Assembly: GCA_021818925.1 (NCBI GenBank)
Contig: JAKASU010000001.1
Span: forward strand, 1,478-65,477
Length of the DNA: 64,000 nt
From: Candidatus Micrarchaeota archaeon
GTDB taxonomy: Archaea; Micrarchaeota; Micrarchaeia; Micrarchaeales; CABMGC01
Direction of reading: 5' to 3'
This document shows, in pieces, positions 63,801-64,000 of the stretch (positions within the stretch are counted from its first letter, which is position 1; the number at the start of each line of letters is the position of its first letter). Both the position numbers and the translations under genes were made by a program. The notes beneath the pieces are model-generated. The model saw only the letters and a program-made list of their open reading frames with translations. It was not told the DNA's origin and made no database searches.

Positions 63801-64000
63801 ATACCCACAGTTGTGACCGGCATCTATGCAAGGGTGTCTCCAAACGAGTACATAATAAACAACGGCGCTCTGCTAGCCGACTCAGGAGAGCTCGTGTACA
63901 CAAACAGCGGCTACAAGTATGTTGGCGATCTCAAAGTCGGTGACAAGCTTTACAACGCGCTTACGGGAACTTATGACAACATAACCAGCATATCGGTGAT
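60834..64000 (+). CDS. Giant surface protein, 3'-partial: class III signal peptide, pilin-like head, Ig-like and InlB-B-like domains, T-N-A repeats, 10-Cys module and two Hint-like modules
   Basis: This ORF is not in the track because no stop occurs before the window end. Manual translation from ATG 60834 is stop-free to nt 64000. The N-terminus is MPKRSVRRRTAGGRRGVKKAQSALEYLLTYSWAILLVAIVVSVLYLFVF. See the findings for the domain coordinates. Confidence 0.8.
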   Translation, partial: MPKRSVRRRTAGGRRGVKKAQSALEYLLTYSWAILLVAIVVSVLYLFVFAPSNITPSSCIFTGGTYCQDVVFSSNSAGTSMALFLTNTQTYAIANPEVTLNYSGTSTTSSCSPSLVLQGGAIICNVNVAIKAISLGSLASGKIVLSAIPCPSAELSACSSGQRQSYTGSFNTHVSPLLSSTPSSIKVTVLNSTQAANGNRDLITATVLLLGNPIGGASISFTESNTFATLGPSATTSGSNGQGYAYISSTQSGNTIVTATFAGQSDTVPVSFVAPALTTISIGQDVINTVCSGNSGTYVITIDGQSYSCSQLPLHFSYSPDTQHTYACISPIPGPAGTQYVFSSVSGCGVSGGQSGTFTVGGSGSSCSINCEYQTQYSLVDSASPSNGGSVSPAGQFYNSGQSVGITATPASGYGFVSWSGTGSGSYSSTTSTTGTITLNGPITEVATFVLLTTITNAATNAATNAATTVTNAVTNAVTNAATAVTNAVTNAVTNAVTNAATSITNAATNAATNAATSVTVITNAVTNAATNAATNAATNAATSVTVITNAVTNAATNAATNAATNAATSVTVITNAVTNAATNAATNAATNAATSVTVITNAVTNAATNAATTVTNAATTVTNAATTVTNAATTVTNAATTVTNAATTVTNAATTVTNAATTVTNAATTVTNAATTVTNAATNAATNAATNFATALSNNCGGSTPCCETDSNLDCGYSNTCPAGWACPGSSGTCVNDFLYSGGNCYLYSCSYHPGGLTGEIVYCTSTTAVTNAATSVTNSATHTTNAATHTTNAATHTTNSATSTTNSASSSGSVYGNATISLANGTTINASDVRAGMVLLSYDFVDHKLAPSIVAGTYAIQSTNRYLFNHNLSVDGSEVMLINGVWARASTAKVGDTLFDPQLSDPNVTITSIQVFNYTTPRTVYDFVGSPFNNYIADGYLIDVLSSSPNSVSPLGMVSLAAGGAEPLYKVAIGTLVLGYDNETGKLIPTVVTGIYARVSPNEYIINNGALLADSGELVYTNSGYKYVGDLKVGDKLYNALTGTYDNITSISV
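62346..62657 (+). repeat. 78-nt (26-codon) higher-order repeat, about 4 copies
   Basis: ACCAGTGTAAC(G/T)GTCATA recurs at 62382, 62460, 62538 and 62616, an exact 78-nt period. The unit encodes TSVTVITNAVTNAATNAATNAATNAA. Confidence 0.9.
62658..62867 (+). repeat. 21-nt repeat x10 encoding (TNAATTV)10
   Basis: ACCAACGCCGCGACAAC(C/G)GTC is repeated 10 times head to tail. The only variation is a synonymous C/G. Confidence 0.95.
63180..63242 (+). repeat. 21-nt repeat x3 encoding (THTTNAA/THTTNSA)
   Basis: ACCCACACAACCAACGCCGCC occurs at 63180 and 63201, with a variant at 63222. Confidence 0.85.

Noticed and set aside
63300-64000. Canonical mobile inteins
   Set aside because: No homing endonuclease insert is present. 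The terminal His-Asn and the +1 nucleophile are absent, and the flanks are not a conserved host protein split by the element. I therefore treat them as Hint-fold modules of the surface protein, not as inteins.

Overview
The window looks like an archaeal chromosomal segment. Archaeal hallmarks read from the sequence are Alba, ribosomal protein L40e, Sec61-beta/SecG, an NMD3-like protein, a Dpo4-type Y-family polymerase, EndoQ, a UbiA/DGGGP-synthase-like prenyltransferase and a class III (prepilin-type) signal peptide. TTTAAATA TATA boxes recur 20-46 nt upstream of start codons, and many stop/start overlaps (ATGA, GTGA, TTGA) are present. The lineage cannot be fixed without a search; a small-genome DPANN/Micrarchaeota-like archaeon is only a guess. 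I support about 60 protein genes, 3 tRNAs (Pro-UGG, Arg-CCU, Leu-CAG) and several repeats and promoter-like sites. Three genes are absent from the supplied ORF track and were found by manual translation: rpl40e, sec61-beta, and an open-ended ORF of more than 1,055 codons at the 3' edge. Housekeeping genes (leuS, argS, trxB, secF/secD, nth, endoQ, dpo4, speB) are interleaved with heavily surface- and glycosylation-centred content. This includes five clear GT-C (PMT/ArnT-like) paralogues plus one divergent one. It also includes a divergent pair of operons: radical SAM-carbamoyltransferase-GT-C and GT2-membrane protein-GT-C-PQQ propeller. Several sequon-rich anchored surface proteins are present as well. 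The most interesting items follow. (1) The unlisted giant ORF at 60834 to beyond 64000 has a pilin-type signal peptide, Ig-like and InlB-B-like domains, hierarchical T-N-A tandem repeats, a 10-Cys module and two tandem degenerate Hint modules; it may be an autoprocessing adhesin or a polymorphic-toxin-like protein. (2) A co-directional module at 8943-12559 combines a ligase-associated-type MBL exonuclease homologue, DUF763 with an HhH motif, and a membrane-anchored MIT_C/PLD-like protein. (3) The GT-C expansion and its associated operons. (4) A bacterial-looking GH10 xylanase and a frameshifted S51 peptidase lie next to tRNA-Pro. All family assignments come from motif recognition by eye, and no database search was run.
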